Notes: generated by a model from the letters alone, not told the origin. 56,787 nucleotides of DNA from Pseudomonadota bacterium (GCA_031416315.1 JANOTL010000172.1:1-56787); one strand, 5' to 3'. Numbered from the stretch's first letter, positions 29,201 through 39,319 are shown. Made by a program: numbers and translations.

Positions 29201-29481
29201 TCATTCGCCGCGAGGAGCGCGCCTTCGACCGCCGCGAGCTCGGCGGCCGGGACGCGGAGGGCGAGGATGCCGTCCCCTCCCGAGACGACGAAGCGCGCCA
29301 GGCCTTCGGGAATCGAGATGACGTTGGTCGCGACGAGGTCGAGGACCGAGGCCTCGCGCACGGCGTCGCGCTCGATCGCGGAAAGCCCGCGCGAGGCGGT
29401 GGATTCGGCGCGCGGCACAGTGCGCGTGCACGCGGCTTGGGCCGCGATCAGCGCGGCGGTGAGCAGATGACTATGGCGCAT
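26248..29481 (-). CDS. Subtilisin-family (S8) lipoprotein protease, TPPII-like
   Basis: QAAC lipobox. Triad VDDG / THGEGVA / SGTSSATP, oxyanion SAGNNG. Long insertion between the catalytic D and H. Confidence 0.88.
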   Translation of the reverse strand: MRHSHLLTAALIAAQAACTRTVPRAESTASRGLSAIERDAVREASVLDLVATNVISIPEGLARFVVSGGDGILALRVPAAELAAVEGALLAANEGAVMALDAPVDLRRDRRDDPSTSADEQLLFGGKEEFGLSAWVLAHPEADGRGVRIAVVDDGVALGRPGLLTTTDGRPKIASSINASSRWQLPLRAAPLSCERPVATAAASAAWNLDAVPELAVRDGAFRLAFDLDACGVNPGVTHATDKCFTWGEALAVPLAAQVAEVTGADGARRTFILVDADRDGAIAPAEVFVPLTGATVADQTQLALGDGRFVGFDLLNTALLGTAPADEPLASCAATAATERFLSVAVPESAAETGTHGEGVASIAAGHDIAGRGFDGVAPGAAVVDVHLGDYYAPNRYTIAELARVLRAGGSAADIVNLSYSLFFSSASAQVAMGRVLTSALDSTGALYFFSAGNNGPGRGSMNRALLYPSFAIPVGAYLTAEMAQSTFGSALGYGGVVSYSSRGPGLDGASGPLVMSPLAGIVASTSDGGFGPFSGTSSATPAMSGFAARVLSQVRAEGLTYSRDLFRQAILDSARPLEGVPFVDQGYGVAQLEGALVAYRALIGATLHRPALFVGGEMNAQGVTRRGVYVRGNAGRAPRYVFTLFPSFDTSWSEAAQGSYNEHLRIEIRDPATNAAPDWISAPSHLFVARVGSRLDVALDWAKIEALGVSEALAELRIFNADTNVLRQVIPVTIGNALPASNVALTGELTVVPATIERVYLERPEWATHLLVSSEVAGDGELCGGFTAYDPNGRRAEAVGTVPAAGGTRNLFVRDGAYAADKNGTYELVFIGGSSHNICPETQELRYRIQWFQLDLSVLDVKTADAETGVRSATVQLQLRTSMGPTSGSLFLGRPGQEQDIELTRLPTAWEWRSTDAVDLGVLGASVSLRLDPTLVARQASVAAYPYWNLRASSVANPVVWTWLDLSATGAASAAEVPVGFGPADLVLAAFDLGTSVSTSAVLPSRLHVIARGESAAAATIGTTVRQLQLRHDLPTVTTVDVAAPVDELAGKVLVCEFKPARFDVTLPCGTVALP

Positions 29482-29867
29482 GGCGCACTCCCGGGGGGGC
29501 TGATTTTGAGTCGGAACGCATAAAGCGGCGTATCCTGCCTTTCGCCCCCGCGGGGAGGCAAGGGGAGGCGAAAAACACGTCCGGTTGCCGCGGCTTACAC
29601 GGTCGCGCTGCGCCGAAATTGCGGCCCTTCCCGGGGATCTTCGTCGCGCGGGTCGTTCGACGCAGCGCGAAAATCCCGCCTTTTGCCGCGTCCCTTCGCG
29701 CCCCCAATCTTGACGTCTTCGTCAGGATTCACTTTTCCCGCCGAAAATTTCCGTAGCAATTGCCCCCGTTCACCGCGTTCACGCTGGAAAAAACCCGGAT
29801 GGCATCGCGCTTTGGAGCGTCAAGAAAGAGAGCCCGCGCGGCGAAGAGCAGGGTGGAGGTACGAACC

Positions 29868-30152
29868 ATGATCACTCAAATCGCCACCGTCCTAATGAGC
29901 GCCGCCGTCGATTTCACCTACGACTTCACGTACGGCGAGCCATGCGACCGCCTCGCGGACATTTCGGAAGAGACCATTCCCTTGATTCTGTCGCCCGTCT
30001 ACAGCAGCGACTACGGCCACTTCTGCGCCGTGGAGGCGCCCGAAGACTGCGCCGAATTCACGCTCTACGTCGAGGATTACGGCCACCTAGTCGCCTCTTG
30101 GGACGAAGGCTTCTGCCGGTTCTTGCCGGCGCGCGTCATCCAAACCATGTAA
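29868..30152 (+). CDS. Small acidic Cys-containing protein
   Basis: SD GGAGGT + ATG, four Cys. Confidence 0.65.
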   Translation: MITQIATVLMSAAVDFTYDFTYGEPCDRLADISEETIPLILSPVYSSDYGHFCAVEAPEDCAEFTLYVEDYGHLVASWDEGFCRFLPARVIQTM

Positions 30153-30176
30153 CCGGCTTCCAGTAGGAGAAACGCC

Positions 30177-30614
30177 ATGCAACTCAATCCCATCCAGATC
30201 GCGCCGCACGTCATCCTGCGGCCCACGGTTCGCCCGCGCATCCTTGTCGTCGATGACGACCCGACATTCGGTCGAATCATGCAACGTGCCGCCGTCTATC
30301 TAGAGGCCGATCTCGTCTTCGTGCAGTGCTTGCAGGATCTCGACCCGAATTTGCTCGGCAGCTTCGACGTCGCGATCGTCGACTACGACCTCGGCTCGGT
30401 CACCGGGCTGGAGCTGGCGCGCTACCTCGATCACCACGTCTCGGTGCCGATCGTCCTCGTCAGCCATGCGGAGCGGACGCCGAATCGGCAGTGGTCCGAC
30501 AGCATCCACGACTTCGTCCACAAGAGCGCCGGCGCGCACGTGATCATGGACGCCGCGTTCGAGGCACACGAGATCGCGTGCATCCATCGCGACATGAAGA
30601 AACGGGGTGCGTGA
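30177..30614 (+). CDS. Single-domain response regulator
   Basis: ILVVDDD, AIVDYDL, VLVS, FVHK. Confidence 0.85.
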   Translation: MQLNPIQIAPHVILRPTVRPRILVVDDDPTFGRIMQRAAVYLEADLVFVQCLQDLDPNLLGSFDVAIVDYDLGSVTGLELARYLDHHVSVPIVLVSHAERTPNRQWSDSIHDFVHKSAGAHVIMDAAFEAHEIACIHRDMKKRGA

Positions 30615-30985
30615 TGAGCGGGGAGTTGAAGATCGTCCTGATCGACGACGACGAAACATACAACGCCATCATGAAGCGCGCCGCGGTGATGTTGGGACTG
30701 CAATTGGAGGCTTACACGTCCTTGGTCGACCTCGGATCGGTCGGCATGCTCGGCCGCTACGACGTTGCGATCGTCGACTATCAACTCGGGCAAATCACGG
30801 GTGTCGAAATTGCTCAGTACCTGAGCGAGCTGTTCCGCGGCGTCCCGATGGTGTTGGTCAGTCAGTCGCGCGCGGTCGGGCAAATGCGCGACTTGCCGGA
30901 CAGCATCGCCGCCTTCATCCATAAATCCGAGGGCTACGGCAACGTCCTGGAGCAGGCGGCAAGAATTGCCCGGCGCCACGCGTAG
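30614..30985 (+). CDS. Single-domain response regulator (paralog of previous)
   Basis: IVLIDDD, AIVDYQL, VLVS, FIHK. TGATG coupling. Confidence 0.85.
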   Translation: MSGELKIVLIDDDETYNAIMKRAAVMLGLQLEAYTSLVDLGSVGMLGRYDVAIVDYQLGQITGVEIAQYLSELFRGVPMVLVSQSRAVGQMRDLPDSIAAFIHKSEGYGNVLEQAARIARRHA

Positions 30986-31049
30986 GCGTGACCGGCGCGA
31001 GACGCTATAATTCCAGCATCCCAAGGAAATTTTAAGCTCGGAGGGTCAG

Positions 31050-31745
31050 GTGGCCGGCGCCCGCAAAGCCCGCACTTACTGCATCAGCCTGGACGACGAT
31101 CCGATGATCTACAAGATCGTGCAGGAGATCGTGCAGCTGCCGGCCCTCCCTTTCGTCTCCGGCGCGAAGCTCCTGGAGCGGGCCGCGAGCTACCAACCCG
31201 TCGTCGTCTTCGTCGACATCCATCTCGGCACGAACGAGACGGGGCTCGCGGTCCTACCCCAGTTGCGCGAGATTTGGCGGCATACGCCGATCCTGGTGAT
31301 GACCTCGGACGACCGCACCGAGCTGATCGGACAGTCGCTCTCGCTCGGTGCCAACGACTTCGTCAAGAAGCCCCTGCGTCCCGCCGAGGTGAGGGCGCGC
31401 GTCCAAGCGCGCATCTTCGAGATGGCCCAGCGGGAGCATGAGTCTTGCTTTCAGATCGCCGACGTCTTCTGCGACCGTACGCGACGCCTCGTCACGGGCC
31501 CCAGCGGGAAGCGGAGCCTCTCGGAAAGCGAGTGGCAGCTATTCTCCTGCTTGGCGCAGGCGCAAGGCATGCGCATCGCGAAGCGCGATTTAAAGGGAAA
31601 GATCTGGGGCGACGTCGCCGTCAGCGACAACGCCGTCGACCGCAAGCTGTCTTCGGTACGGCAAGCGTTGAAGGACGTCGGCGGCCAAGTGCAGATCTCG
31701 ACCAAGTACGGACAAGGCGTGAGCCTGGAGGTCTCGGGGACATGA
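31050..31745 (+). CDS. OmpR-family response regulator
   Basis: [19 protein letters not shown], winged helix with 'IWG..VSDNAVD...YGQG'. TATAAT at 31006. Confidence 0.88.
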   Translation: MAGARKARTYCISLDDDPMIYKIVQEIVQLPALPFVSGAKLLERAASYQPVVVFVDIHLGTNETGLAVLPQLREIWRHTPILVMTSDDRTELIGQSLSLGANDFVKKPLRPAEVRARVQARIFEMAQREHESCFQIADVFCDRTRRLVTGPSGKRSLSESEWQLFSCLAQAQGMRIAKRDLKGKIWGDVAVSDNAVDRKLSSVRQALKDVGGQVQISTKYGQGVSLEVSGT

Positions 31746-32101
31746 TGATCAAGAGCGAAGCCATCGAATCCTTGCGCGGACTTTTCGACGAGCCCGCCGA
31801 GGCGAGCCATTTCCTCGACGAGCTGATCCGAATCTTCGACGAGGCCGGGGCGGAGACTTTGGCCGCGATGCACGCCACCCTGGCGAAGAAAGATACCGCG
31901 ACGCTGGCGCGGCTGGCCCACAAGTTGAAGGGCATCAGCCGGAACCTCGGCGCCGAGCCGCTCGGCAATCGCTGTGCGTCGCTCGAGGACAAGGCCACGA
32001 GCTCGACCTTCGACGAGGTCGCGCGCGAGGTGGAGGCGATCGCCGCCGAATTCTCGGCGAGCTCGAGCGAGCTGCGCGAGACCTACTACAAAGGCGCCTA
32101 A
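31742..32101 (+). CDS. Hpt phosphotransfer protein
   Basis: [14 protein letters not shown]. Confidence 0.9.
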   Translation: MMIKSEAIESLRGLFDEPAEASHFLDELIRIFDEAGAETLAAMHATLAKKDTATLARLAHKLKGISRNLGAEPLGNRCASLEDKATSSTFDEVAREVEAIAAEFSASSSELRETYYKGA

Positions 32102-32103
32102 CC

Positions 32104-34530
32104 ATGGTGAAGCCCAAGAACGTCAACACGCTGAAAGCGAAGATCTTCGCGGTCCTCGTCGTCTGCGCCACGGCCTCCGCCGCCGTCGCCTGGGCGGGCG
32201 TGTCGATGCTGGGCGACATCAACCGGCGCATGTCCTCGGTCGCCGACGTCGTGACGAAGCGTATGCGCTCGGGCCTCCTCTTGAACGATGCGGTCGCCAA
32301 CCTCGACCGCGGCGAAAAAGCGCTGCTTCTGGCGCGAAGCCTCGACGATCTCGCCGCTTATAAGAAGGACCTCGCGACCAACGTCGAGACGGCCCGCAAC
32401 GGCGTCGGCGAGCTGCGCCTCCTCATGGGCGAGCGCGCCCGCGACGAGTTGGACCGCATTGAAAAGAACGTCGCCACCTACTTCGCCATGCAGGGCCAGA
32501 TCGTCGAGCTCATCAAGCTCGATATGACGCTGAAATCCGCCGCTGGGGCCGGCGTCGAGCTTCCGGCTTTGGCCTCGCTCTACGCCGGCGCGAGCCTCGC
32601 GGCGATCCGCACCAAAGGCGCACAGATCATGGCCGAAACGGATGCGCTCACCGACGCCGTGGTCGCGGCGAACGACGAATTCGTTCTCGTCGAGAAGGCG
32701 GAGTCGGCAAACACCTACGAACACGGCATCGTGCTGCTCATCTCTTTGAGCGCGAGCTGCATCGTGTTCTCGAGCGCCGTCGGCCTCTGGATCCTCGGCG
32801 GCATCAACCGTCGCCTGCGCGGGCTCGGGGCGATGGCGCGCCGCCTCGCGGCCGGCGACCTGACCGTGCGCACGAATCCGCGCTCGCTGGACGAGATCGG
32901 GATCCTCGCCTCGAGCCTGAACTCGATGGCGCAGAAGCTCCACTCCTTCACCACCGATCTCGAGGCAGCGCGCTGCGAGGCCGACACCGCCAATCGTGCC
33001 AAGAGCGATTTCCTCGCCAACATGAGCCACGAGATCCGCACGCCGATGAACGGCGTGATCGGGATGACGGAGCTCCTGATCAACTCGAACCTCACGCACG
33101 AGCAGCGCGATCATGCCGAGCGCATCCAGGCCTCGGGCGAGACCCTGCTCACGATCGTGAACGAGATCCTCGACTTCTCGAAGATCGAGGCGGACATGGT
33201 CCAGCTGGAGAAGATCGACTTCGACTTGAGCGCCACGGTCGAAGGCATCTGCGAGGTGTTGGCGGTGAAGGCCCAGGGCAAGGGGGTCGAGCTCCTTTGC
33301 CACATCGACGACGGCGTGCCGCCACGACTCTTCGGCGATCCGACGCGCCTGCAGCAAATCCTGCTGAACCTCGCCGGCAACGCGGTGAAGTTCACCAGGG
33401 CAGGCGAAATCATGGTCACGGTCGAGCTCGTGAGCGAGGAAGACAAGGAATGCCGCCTGCGGTTTCGCATCTCCGACACGGGGATCGGCATGACCGAGGT
33501 GGAGCGCGGACGGCTTTTCAAGCCGTTCAGCCAGGCCGACAGCTCGACGACGCGGAAGTACGGCGGCACCGGGCTCGGCCTCGCGATTTCCCTGAAGCTC
33601 ACCGAGCTCATGCAGGGCGAGATCGGCTGTGACAGCAAGCCGAACGAAGGGAGCACCTTCTGGTTCACGGTGACGTTCGGAGTCGCCACCAAAGACCGCC
33701 AGGTGCGGCCGGTCGTCGCCAACGGCTTCCGCGCCGTCGTCGTCGCGAGCAACGCCAAGGCCGCCGAGCTCTACGCGCGGCATGCGCGGGCCGAGGGCTT
33801 CGACGTCGACGTCGCGCGCAACGTCGAGGAGGCGCATGGGCGCATGCTCGGCTCCGGCACCGGCAAAGACTCCTACCGCGCGCTCTTGGTCGACCTCTAC
33901 AATCCGCAGGATGCCGACGTTCAGGCGATCGCCGCCATCGCTCAGAATCCCGCCTTGCCGCGCTTGGGCGTCCTCCTCGTCGTGCCGCTCCAGGGCGAGG
34001 CGAAATTCGACGAGGTCGTCGACCTGCCGAACGTGACGACGCTTCGAAAGCCCGTTCTGCAGTCGAAGTTCGCCCGCACCCTATGGCAAGTCAGCGAGGG
34101 CACGGCGTTCGACGCGCAGCCCGCGGCGGTCAAGCCGGAGCTGGCGGCCCTGCGGTTCGCGCACAAGGTGGCGATCCTCGTGGTCGACGACAGCTCCTTG
34201 AATCAGATGGTGGCGGTGCAGATGTTGGCGCGCCTGGGCGTGCACGCCGAGGCGGTGAGCAACGGCCGCGAGGCCATCGACACCCTGGCGCGCGAGCACT
34301 TCGACCTGGTGCTAATGGATTGCCAGATGCCCGTAATGGACGGCTTCGAGGCGACGAAGTCGATCCGCAGCGGCAAGGGCCGGAGCAAGGTGACGCCCAT
34401 CGTGGCGATGACCGCGAACGCCTTCAAGGGCGACAGGGACCGGTGCCTGGCGGTCGGCATGAACGACTTCATCACCAAGCCGATGACCTTGGAGCGATTG
34501 CAGAAGGTGGTGAAGAAGTGGGTGGCGTAG
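32104..34530 (+). CDS. Hybrid sensor histidine kinase (periplasmic helical sensor, HAMP, HisKA, HATPase, degenerate REC, REC)
   Basis: Two TMs, [17 protein letters not shown]1/F/G2 boxes, C-terminal VLMDCQMP...KP. Confidence 0.95.
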   Translation: MVKPKNVNTLKAKIFAVLVVCATASAAVAWAGVSMLGDINRRMSSVADVVTKRMRSGLLLNDAVANLDRGEKALLLARSLDDLAAYKKDLATNVETARNGVGELRLLMGERARDELDRIEKNVATYFAMQGQIVELIKLDMTLKSAAGAGVELPALASLYAGASLAAIRTKGAQIMAETDALTDAVVAANDEFVLVEKAESANTYEHGIVLLISLSASCIVFSSAVGLWILGGINRRLRGLGAMARRLAAGDLTVRTNPRSLDEIGILASSLNSMAQKLHSFTTDLEAARCEADTANRAKSDFLANMSHEIRTPMNGVIGMTELLINSNLTHEQRDHAERIQASGETLLTIVNEILDFSKIEADMVQLEKIDFDLSATVEGICEVLAVKAQGKGVELLCHIDDGVPPRLFGDPTRLQQILLNLAGNAVKFTRAGEIMVTVELVSEEDKECRLRFRISDTGIGMTEVERGRLFKPFSQADSSTTRKYGGTGLGLAISLKLTELMQGEIGCDSKPNEGSTFWFTVTFGVATKDRQVRPVVANGFRAVVVASNAKAAELYARHARAEGFDVDVARNVEEAHGRMLGSGTGKDSYRALLVDLYNPQDADVQAIAAIAQNPALPRLGVLLVVPLQGEAKFDEVVDLPNVTTLRKPVLQSKFARTLWQVSEGTAFDAQPAAVKPELAALRFAHKVAILVVDDSSLNQMVAVQMLARLGVHAEAVSNGREAIDTLAREHFDLVLMDCQMPVMDGFEATKSIRSGKGRSKVTPIVAMTANAFKGDRDRCLAVGMNDFITKPMTLERLQKVVKKWVA

Positions 34531-34565
34531 TCCGAACGATTGGCTGCCGCCGACGGAAACCGCCT

Positions 34566-35171
34566 CTATTGAAAGGTATCCCTGCGCACGCCGCGAAAGA
34601 AGCGCTCGCTCGCTAGAGCCAGGAGCTCTTCGTCTTCTTTGGTGTCGCCGTACGCATAGATCGTCGCATAGGACGCGAGCGGAAATTTCAGGCGCACGCG
34701 TCGCGCCTTCTCCGCGGCCGTACAGTCGCGGCCGAGGTAGCGACCGGTGAGGATGCCGCCGTCGGCCTCCAGCTCGGTGCAAATCAAGGCGCAGCCCTCC
34801 GCCACGCACCACGGCCGCAGATACGGCGCGAGCGAGGCGGAGACGACCACGACGTCGTCACCTCTGGCGCGGTGCCAGTCGAGGCGCTCGCGCGATGCGG
34901 GCCGCACGAGACCTGGCAGGACCTCGCGGGCGAAGCGCGCGCCGAGCGCATCGATCTCCGCCTGCCGCCGGCCGGCGAGGCCTACCCGCACGATCGCGCG
35001 GCGCAGGCGCGTCGCCGGCAGGAGGCCGAGATAGTAGGCGGCGATTAGGGGGCTCAGGACGAGCATGCCGAGGCGCAATCGCGCCGGAGCAACGACGTTG
35101 TAGACGAAAGCCGTAAAGGAATCGCCGTCCGTGATGGTGCCGTCGAAGTCGAAGAGCGCGAGATCCGGCAT
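34566..35171 (-). CDS. HAD-IB family hydrolase
   Basis: LFDFDGT, VVSAS, EKARR, YAYGDT.ED. Confidence 0.9.
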   Translation of the reverse strand: MPDLALFDFDGTITDGDSFTAFVYNVVAPARLRLGMLVLSPLIAAYYLGLLPATRLRRAIVRVGLAGRRQAEIDALGARFAREVLPGLVRPASRERLDWHRARGDDVVVVSASLAPYLRPWCVAEGCALICTELEADGGILTGRYLGRDCTAAEKARRVRLKFPLASYATIYAYGDTKEDEELLALASERFFRGVRRDTFQ

Positions 35172-35285
35172 GCGCCTTCCGCAGAGATTGCGAGGAGCCA
35201 AAAGCATAACCTGCGACCGGTCAGGTCGCCGACTCGATTCAATACACTAAAATCATTAGTACAAATCCAGCACTTTCGCGCGGAC

Positions 35286-35312
35286 TCAAGATCCCGCCTC
35301 GAGTACCGAAGA
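35286..35312 (+). promoter_or_regulatory. Sigma28 (FliA)-like promoter
   Basis: TCAA-N15-ACCGAAGA versus consensus TAAA-N15-GCCGATAA. Confidence 0.4.
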
Positions 35313-35343
35313 GCTAGGCGTACGTATTTTTACGCATTCGACT

Positions 35344-35748
35344 TTGACTGGTCCCACCATCACCAACTCACTACGCATCGTCGTACTTTGCATTGTTTGC
35401 CTAGCGACCTCCTGCGGTAGCAGCGAGGACGACAAGGCGAGCGAGCCCGAGCCTGCGCAGGTGGAACCGACGATCGCCCCGCCCAAGATTCTCCAGCCCG
35501 GCTCTGATCCTTCAGGCGGCGGTGCGCCCGTCTTGGCCCTTCCCGACGTTGCGGAGGAGCCGACGGAGCCCCTCGTGCGTCGAGTCCGCGTCGCGCGCAT
35601 GAACGGCTTCGTCGGCCTGTCTTTTGACGATGCGACGCCTTCAATCGACGGCTTTCGCGCTTGGACGACCAGTGTCCAACCGCCGTCGACCGAGCCGGGA
35701 GAGTCTTTGAGCCTGTCCCTGCTTTCGAGCGTCTTGGAGAGACCCTAA
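35344..35748 (+). CDS. Putative lipoprotein upstream of fibre gene
   Basis: LATSC lipobox, Pro-rich linker. Stop lies 1 bp before the fibre ATG. Confidence 0.7.
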   Translation: MTGPTITNSLRIVVLCIVCLATSCGSSEDDKASEPEPAQVEPTIAPPKILQPGSDPSGGGAPVLALPDVAEEPTEPLVRRVRVARMNGFVGLSFDDATPSIDGFRAWTTSVQPPSTEPGESLSLSLLSSVLERP

Positions 35749-35749
35749 A

Positions 35750-38700
35750 ATGCTGCGCCATGCCATCGTCGTTTGGATCGTGTGCGTGGCCGCTCTCGCG
35801 GGTCAAGCGGCCACGGCCGCGCCCTTCGGCCTCACATTCGAAGGGCAGCTGCTCGACGCCGAAGGTAAGCCGCTTGCCGATGCCGTCGACCTGGAGATCA
35901 CCTTTTTCCGCACGATGACCGGTGGCGCGCCCATCGCCGTTCCAATGCAGTCGTTCCCCGGCACGCAGCTGACGGACGGCATTTTTCGGATCAGTCTTAG
36001 CGGGCTTTCGAGCCAGGATCTCGAGCGCGTCTTTTCGCTCAACGATGACGTGTGGGTACAGATTCGCGACGCGACCAACAACGTCGACTTGCCCCGCATG
36101 AAGCACAACGCCGTACCCTATGCGCTTAAAGTGCCGGTCGACGGCGAGACGCTGCAGTATGGCGTCAACGACGGACGGCTCAAAGTCCGTTTAGACAAGG
36201 TGCTTCCGCCCGCTGCGGGCGCGGCGAACAAATTCCTCATGTCCGACGGTGCGGGCGGCTTGGATTGGCGTGTGCCCGCGGGCGGCGCGATCGGGGCGAC
36301 CGGTGCCATGGGTGCGACGGGCGCCAAAGGAGCGACCGGGGCGCTGGGCACGACCGGCGCCGCCGGTCCAGTCGGCGCGATCGGACCAACGGGAGCCAAT
36401 GGCAGCAACGGCACGATCGGCGCCACGGGCCCGGCCGGCCTCAATGGCGTCAGCGGCGCGAACGGAGCCACCGGTCCGACCGGCGTCGCAGGCGCGAGCG
36501 GCGCCACCGGCGCGACCGGCCCGGCGGGCGCGGCCGGACCGAACGGTAGCGATGGTGCAGCTGGCCCGATCGGGCCGGCGGGATCGAATGGCAGCAACGG
36601 CGCTGCAGGCGTCACCGGCGCAACGGGACTCGCCGGATCGAACGGCGCCGCCGGCATCACCGGCGCGACGGGGCCGGCTGGATCGAACGGCAGTAATGGC
36701 ACCAACGGCGCGGACGGCAGCAACGGCGCGACCGGCCCGGCCGGGGCGAACGGCGCCGCAGGCGTCACCGGCGCGACTGGCGCTGCCGGAACGAACGGAA
36801 GCAACGGAACCGACGGCGCTGCAGGCGTCACCGGCGCGACTGGCGCTGCCGGAGCGAACGGAAGCGACGGCGCCGCCGGCGTCACCGGCGCGATGGGACC
36901 TGCCGGTACGAACGGAAGCAACGGCGCCAACGGCACGGATGGAATTGCGGGCGCGACCGGTCCGGCCGGAGCAAATGGCATCTCCGGCGCAGCGGGCACG
37001 ACCGGGGCGACCGGCCCTGCTGGAAGCAACGGAAGTAACGGAACGAACGGCACGAATGGCATCACCGGCGCGACCGGAGCCAACGGCGCCGACGGAGCGA
37101 ACGGCGCAGCTGGCGTCACTGGCGCGACGGGGCAAGCCGGATCGAACGGCGCCAATGGCGCTAATGGCACCACGGGCCCGACTGGCCCCGCCGGAGCGAA
37201 TGGCACCGACGGAAGTAACGGTACCAACGGCGCTGCCGGCATCACCGGCGCAACTGGCCCTGCCGGCACGAATGGCAGCGACGGAAGTAACGGCACGAAC
37301 GGCGCTGATGGCGCGACCGGTCCGGCCGGAGCGAACGGCGCCGTGGGCGTGACCGGCGCTGCCGGAACGAACGGCGCGGCTGGCGTCACCGGCGCGTCGG
37401 GGCAAGCCGGATCGAACGGAACCAACGGCACCGATGGCATCACCGGCGCGACCGGCCCCGCCGGAACGAACGGCAGCAACGGAGCCAACGGCGCCGCGGG
37501 CATCACCGGCGCGACCGGCCCTGCCGGAACGAACGGCAGCAACGGAACCAACGGTGCCAATGGCATCACCGGCCCGACCGGCCCTGCCGGAACGAACGGA
37601 ACTGCTGGCATCACGGGCGCGACGGGGCAAGCCGGTTCGAACGGTGCGAATGGCGTCACCGGCGCGACTGGCCCTGCCGGAACCAACGGCGCGGCGGGGG
37701 TCACGGGCGCGACGGGGCAAGCCGGATCGGACGGAACCAACGGCGCCAATGGCATCACCGGCGCGACTGGCCCTGCCGGAACGAACGGAAGTAACGGAAG
37801 TAACGGTACCAACGGCGCTGATGGCGCGACCGGCCCTGCCGGAACGAACGGCGCCGCCGGCGTTACCGGCCCTACTGGAACGAACGGCACAAACGGAAGC
37901 GACGGCGCCGCAGGCATCATGGGCGCAACCGGCCCAGCCGGAAGCAACGGCACGAACGGCGCTAATGGCGTCACAGGCGTAGCCGGTCCGACCGGCGCGA
38001 GCGGCGCCGCGGGAATCACCGGCGCAACTGGCCCCGCTGGAACGAATGGCAGCAACGGAAGCAACGGCGCGGTGGGCATCACTGGAGCAACCGGCCCAGC
38101 GGGAGCGAACGGGAGCAACGGAACCAACGGCGCAGACGGCATCACCGGCCCAACCGGTGCGAACGGCGCCGCCGGCATCGCCGGCGCAACGGGCTCCGCG
38201 GGCACGAACGGCACCAACGGCACCAACGGCGCCGCAGGCGTCACCGGTCCCACCGGCACGAACGGTACCAACGGCGCCGCAGGCGCCACCGGTCCCACCG
38301 GCACGAACGGTACCAACGGCGCCGCAGGCGTCACTGGTCCCACCGGCACGAACGGTACCAACGGCGCCGCAGGCGCCACCGGCCCCGCAGGCGCCACCGG
38401 CCCCGCTGGCACGAACGGCACCAACGGCGCCGCAGGCGCCACCGGCCCCGCTGGCACGAACGGCGCCGCAGGCGTCACCGGTCCCACCGGCACGAACGGC
38501 ACGAACGGCACGACTGGCTCTACGGGTCCCACCGGACCGACCGGCGCGTCCATCGCCGACGCGGCGCTTCTGACCACGAACCTCGGGACCGCAGATCAAG
38601 TCCTGCGCGTCAACGCCGCCGGCTCCGCCCCGGCTTGGACGGACAGCCAAGCGTTCGTGCCGAGTCGATTCTTGGAGCTCTACGACGAGTTCCTCAACAG

Positions 38701-39319
38701 CGGCACGGCGACGCTGACGATCGGCCAGTTGCAATGGACGTTGACGGCGATCAGCACGGGAACCGTCTCAATTCCAGTGAACACCGGCACCGAAACCAAT
38801 CACCCCGGCACCATCTCCCTCAACACCGCCGCGACGAGCGGCTCCGCCGCGATCTTGAACATGGGGCGTGACAAGATCCTTCTCGGCGGCGGCGCAACGA
38901 CCATGGAAGCCGCCGTGCAACCGACGACGGCCCTGGCAGCCGGGGAGCGCATCATGATCGGCCTAGGCGACTCCGCGACCGCCGCGGTACCGGTCGACGG
39001 GGTCTACTTCGACTACACGAACGGCACGGCCAACTGGACCTGTACCGCGCGCAGCAACAGCGTTTCGACGACTGCGGACTCCGGCGTTCCCGTCGCCTTG
39101 AACACCTGGGCCAAGCTTCGCTACAGGGTCAACGCCGCAGGTACGAGCGTTGCGTTCGACATCAACGGCGTGAACGTCTGCACGATCTCGACGAACATAC
39201 CTGTCGGCGCGGGCCGCCAGGTGGCACCTTGGATCATGATTTGGAATGCGGGAACGACCGTGCACTCGGTGAAGGTCGACTACTACTATTTGAATCAAGC
39301 CTTCACGACGGCGAGGTAA
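35750..39319 (+). CDS. Secreted collagen-like fibre/adhesin with C-terminal beta-sandwich head
   Basis: Signal peptide. N-domain LTFEGQLLD...AVPYA.KVPVD. Gly-X-Y run 36284-38551. ConA-like C-domain (ALNTWAKL, FDINGV, VKVDYY). Confidence 0.88.
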   Translation: MLRHAIVVWIVCVAALAGQAATAAPFGLTFEGQLLDAEGKPLADAVDLEITFFRTMTGGAPIAVPMQSFPGTQLTDGIFRISLSGLSSQDLERVFSLNDDVWVQIRDATNNVDLPRMKHNAVPYALKVPVDGETLQYGVNDGRLKVRLDKVLPPAAGAANKFLMSDGAGGLDWRVPAGGAIGATGAMGATGAKGATGALGTTGAAGPVGAIGPTGANGSNGTIGATGPAGLNGVSGANGATGPTGVAGASGATGATGPAGAAGPNGSDGAAGPIGPAGSNGSNGAAGVTGATGLAGSNGAAGITGATGPAGSNGSNGTNGADGSNGATGPAGANGAAGVTGATGAAGTNGSNGTDGAAGVTGATGAAGANGSDGAAGVTGAMGPAGTNGSNGANGTDGIAGATGPAGANGISGAAGTTGATGPAGSNGSNGTNGTNGITGATGANGADGANGAAGVTGATGQAGSNGANGANGTTGPTGPAGANGTDGSNGTNGAAGITGATGPAGTNGSDGSNGTNGADGATGPAGANGAVGVTGAAGTNGAAGVTGASGQAGSNGTNGTDGITGATGPAGTNGSNGANGAAGITGATGPAGTNGSNGTNGANGITGPTGPAGTNGTAGITGATGQAGSNGANGVTGATGPAGTNGAAGVTGATGQAGSDGTNGANGITGATGPAGTNGSNGSNGTNGADGATGPAGTNGAAGVTGPTGTNGTNGSDGAAGIMGATGPAGSNGTNGANGVTGVAGPTGASGAAGITGATGPAGTNGSNGSNGAVGITGATGPAGANGSNGTNGADGITGPTGANGAAGIAGATGSAGTNGTNGTNGAAGVTGPTGTNGTNGAAGATGPTGTNGTNGAAGVTGPTGTNGTNGAAGATGPAGATGPAGTNGTNGAAGATGPAGTNGAAGVTGPTGTNGTNGTTGSTGPTGPTGASIADAALLTTNLGTADQVLRVNAAGSAPAWTDSQAFVPSRFLELYDEFLNSGTATLTIGQLQWTLTAISTGTVSIPVNTGTETNHPGTISLNTAATSGSAAILNMGRDKILLGGGATTMEAAVQPTTALAAGERIMIGLGDSATAAVPVDGVYFDYTNGTANWTCTARSNSVSTTADSGVPVALNTWAKLRYRVNAAGTSVAFDINGVNVCTISTNIPVGAGRQVAPWIMIWNAGTTVHSVKVDYYYLNQAFTTAR
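36284..38551 (+). repeat. Gly-X-Y coding repeat (252 triplets), with 45-bp near-perfect tandem units at 38228-38362
   Basis: 2268 nt = 756 aa. No interruption seen on reading the translation. Confidence 0.92.

Noticed and set aside
29800..29816. TGGCAT sigma54-like site
   Set aside because: No GC at -12 with 10-nt spacing.
38228..38500. Regularly spaced direct repeats resembling a CRISPR array
   Set aside because: In-frame collagen tandem units, no unique spacers, no cas genes.
36118..38734. 819-aa and 847-aa minus-strand ORFs
   Set aside because: Antisense shadows of the Gly-X-Y repeat, with no independent motifs.
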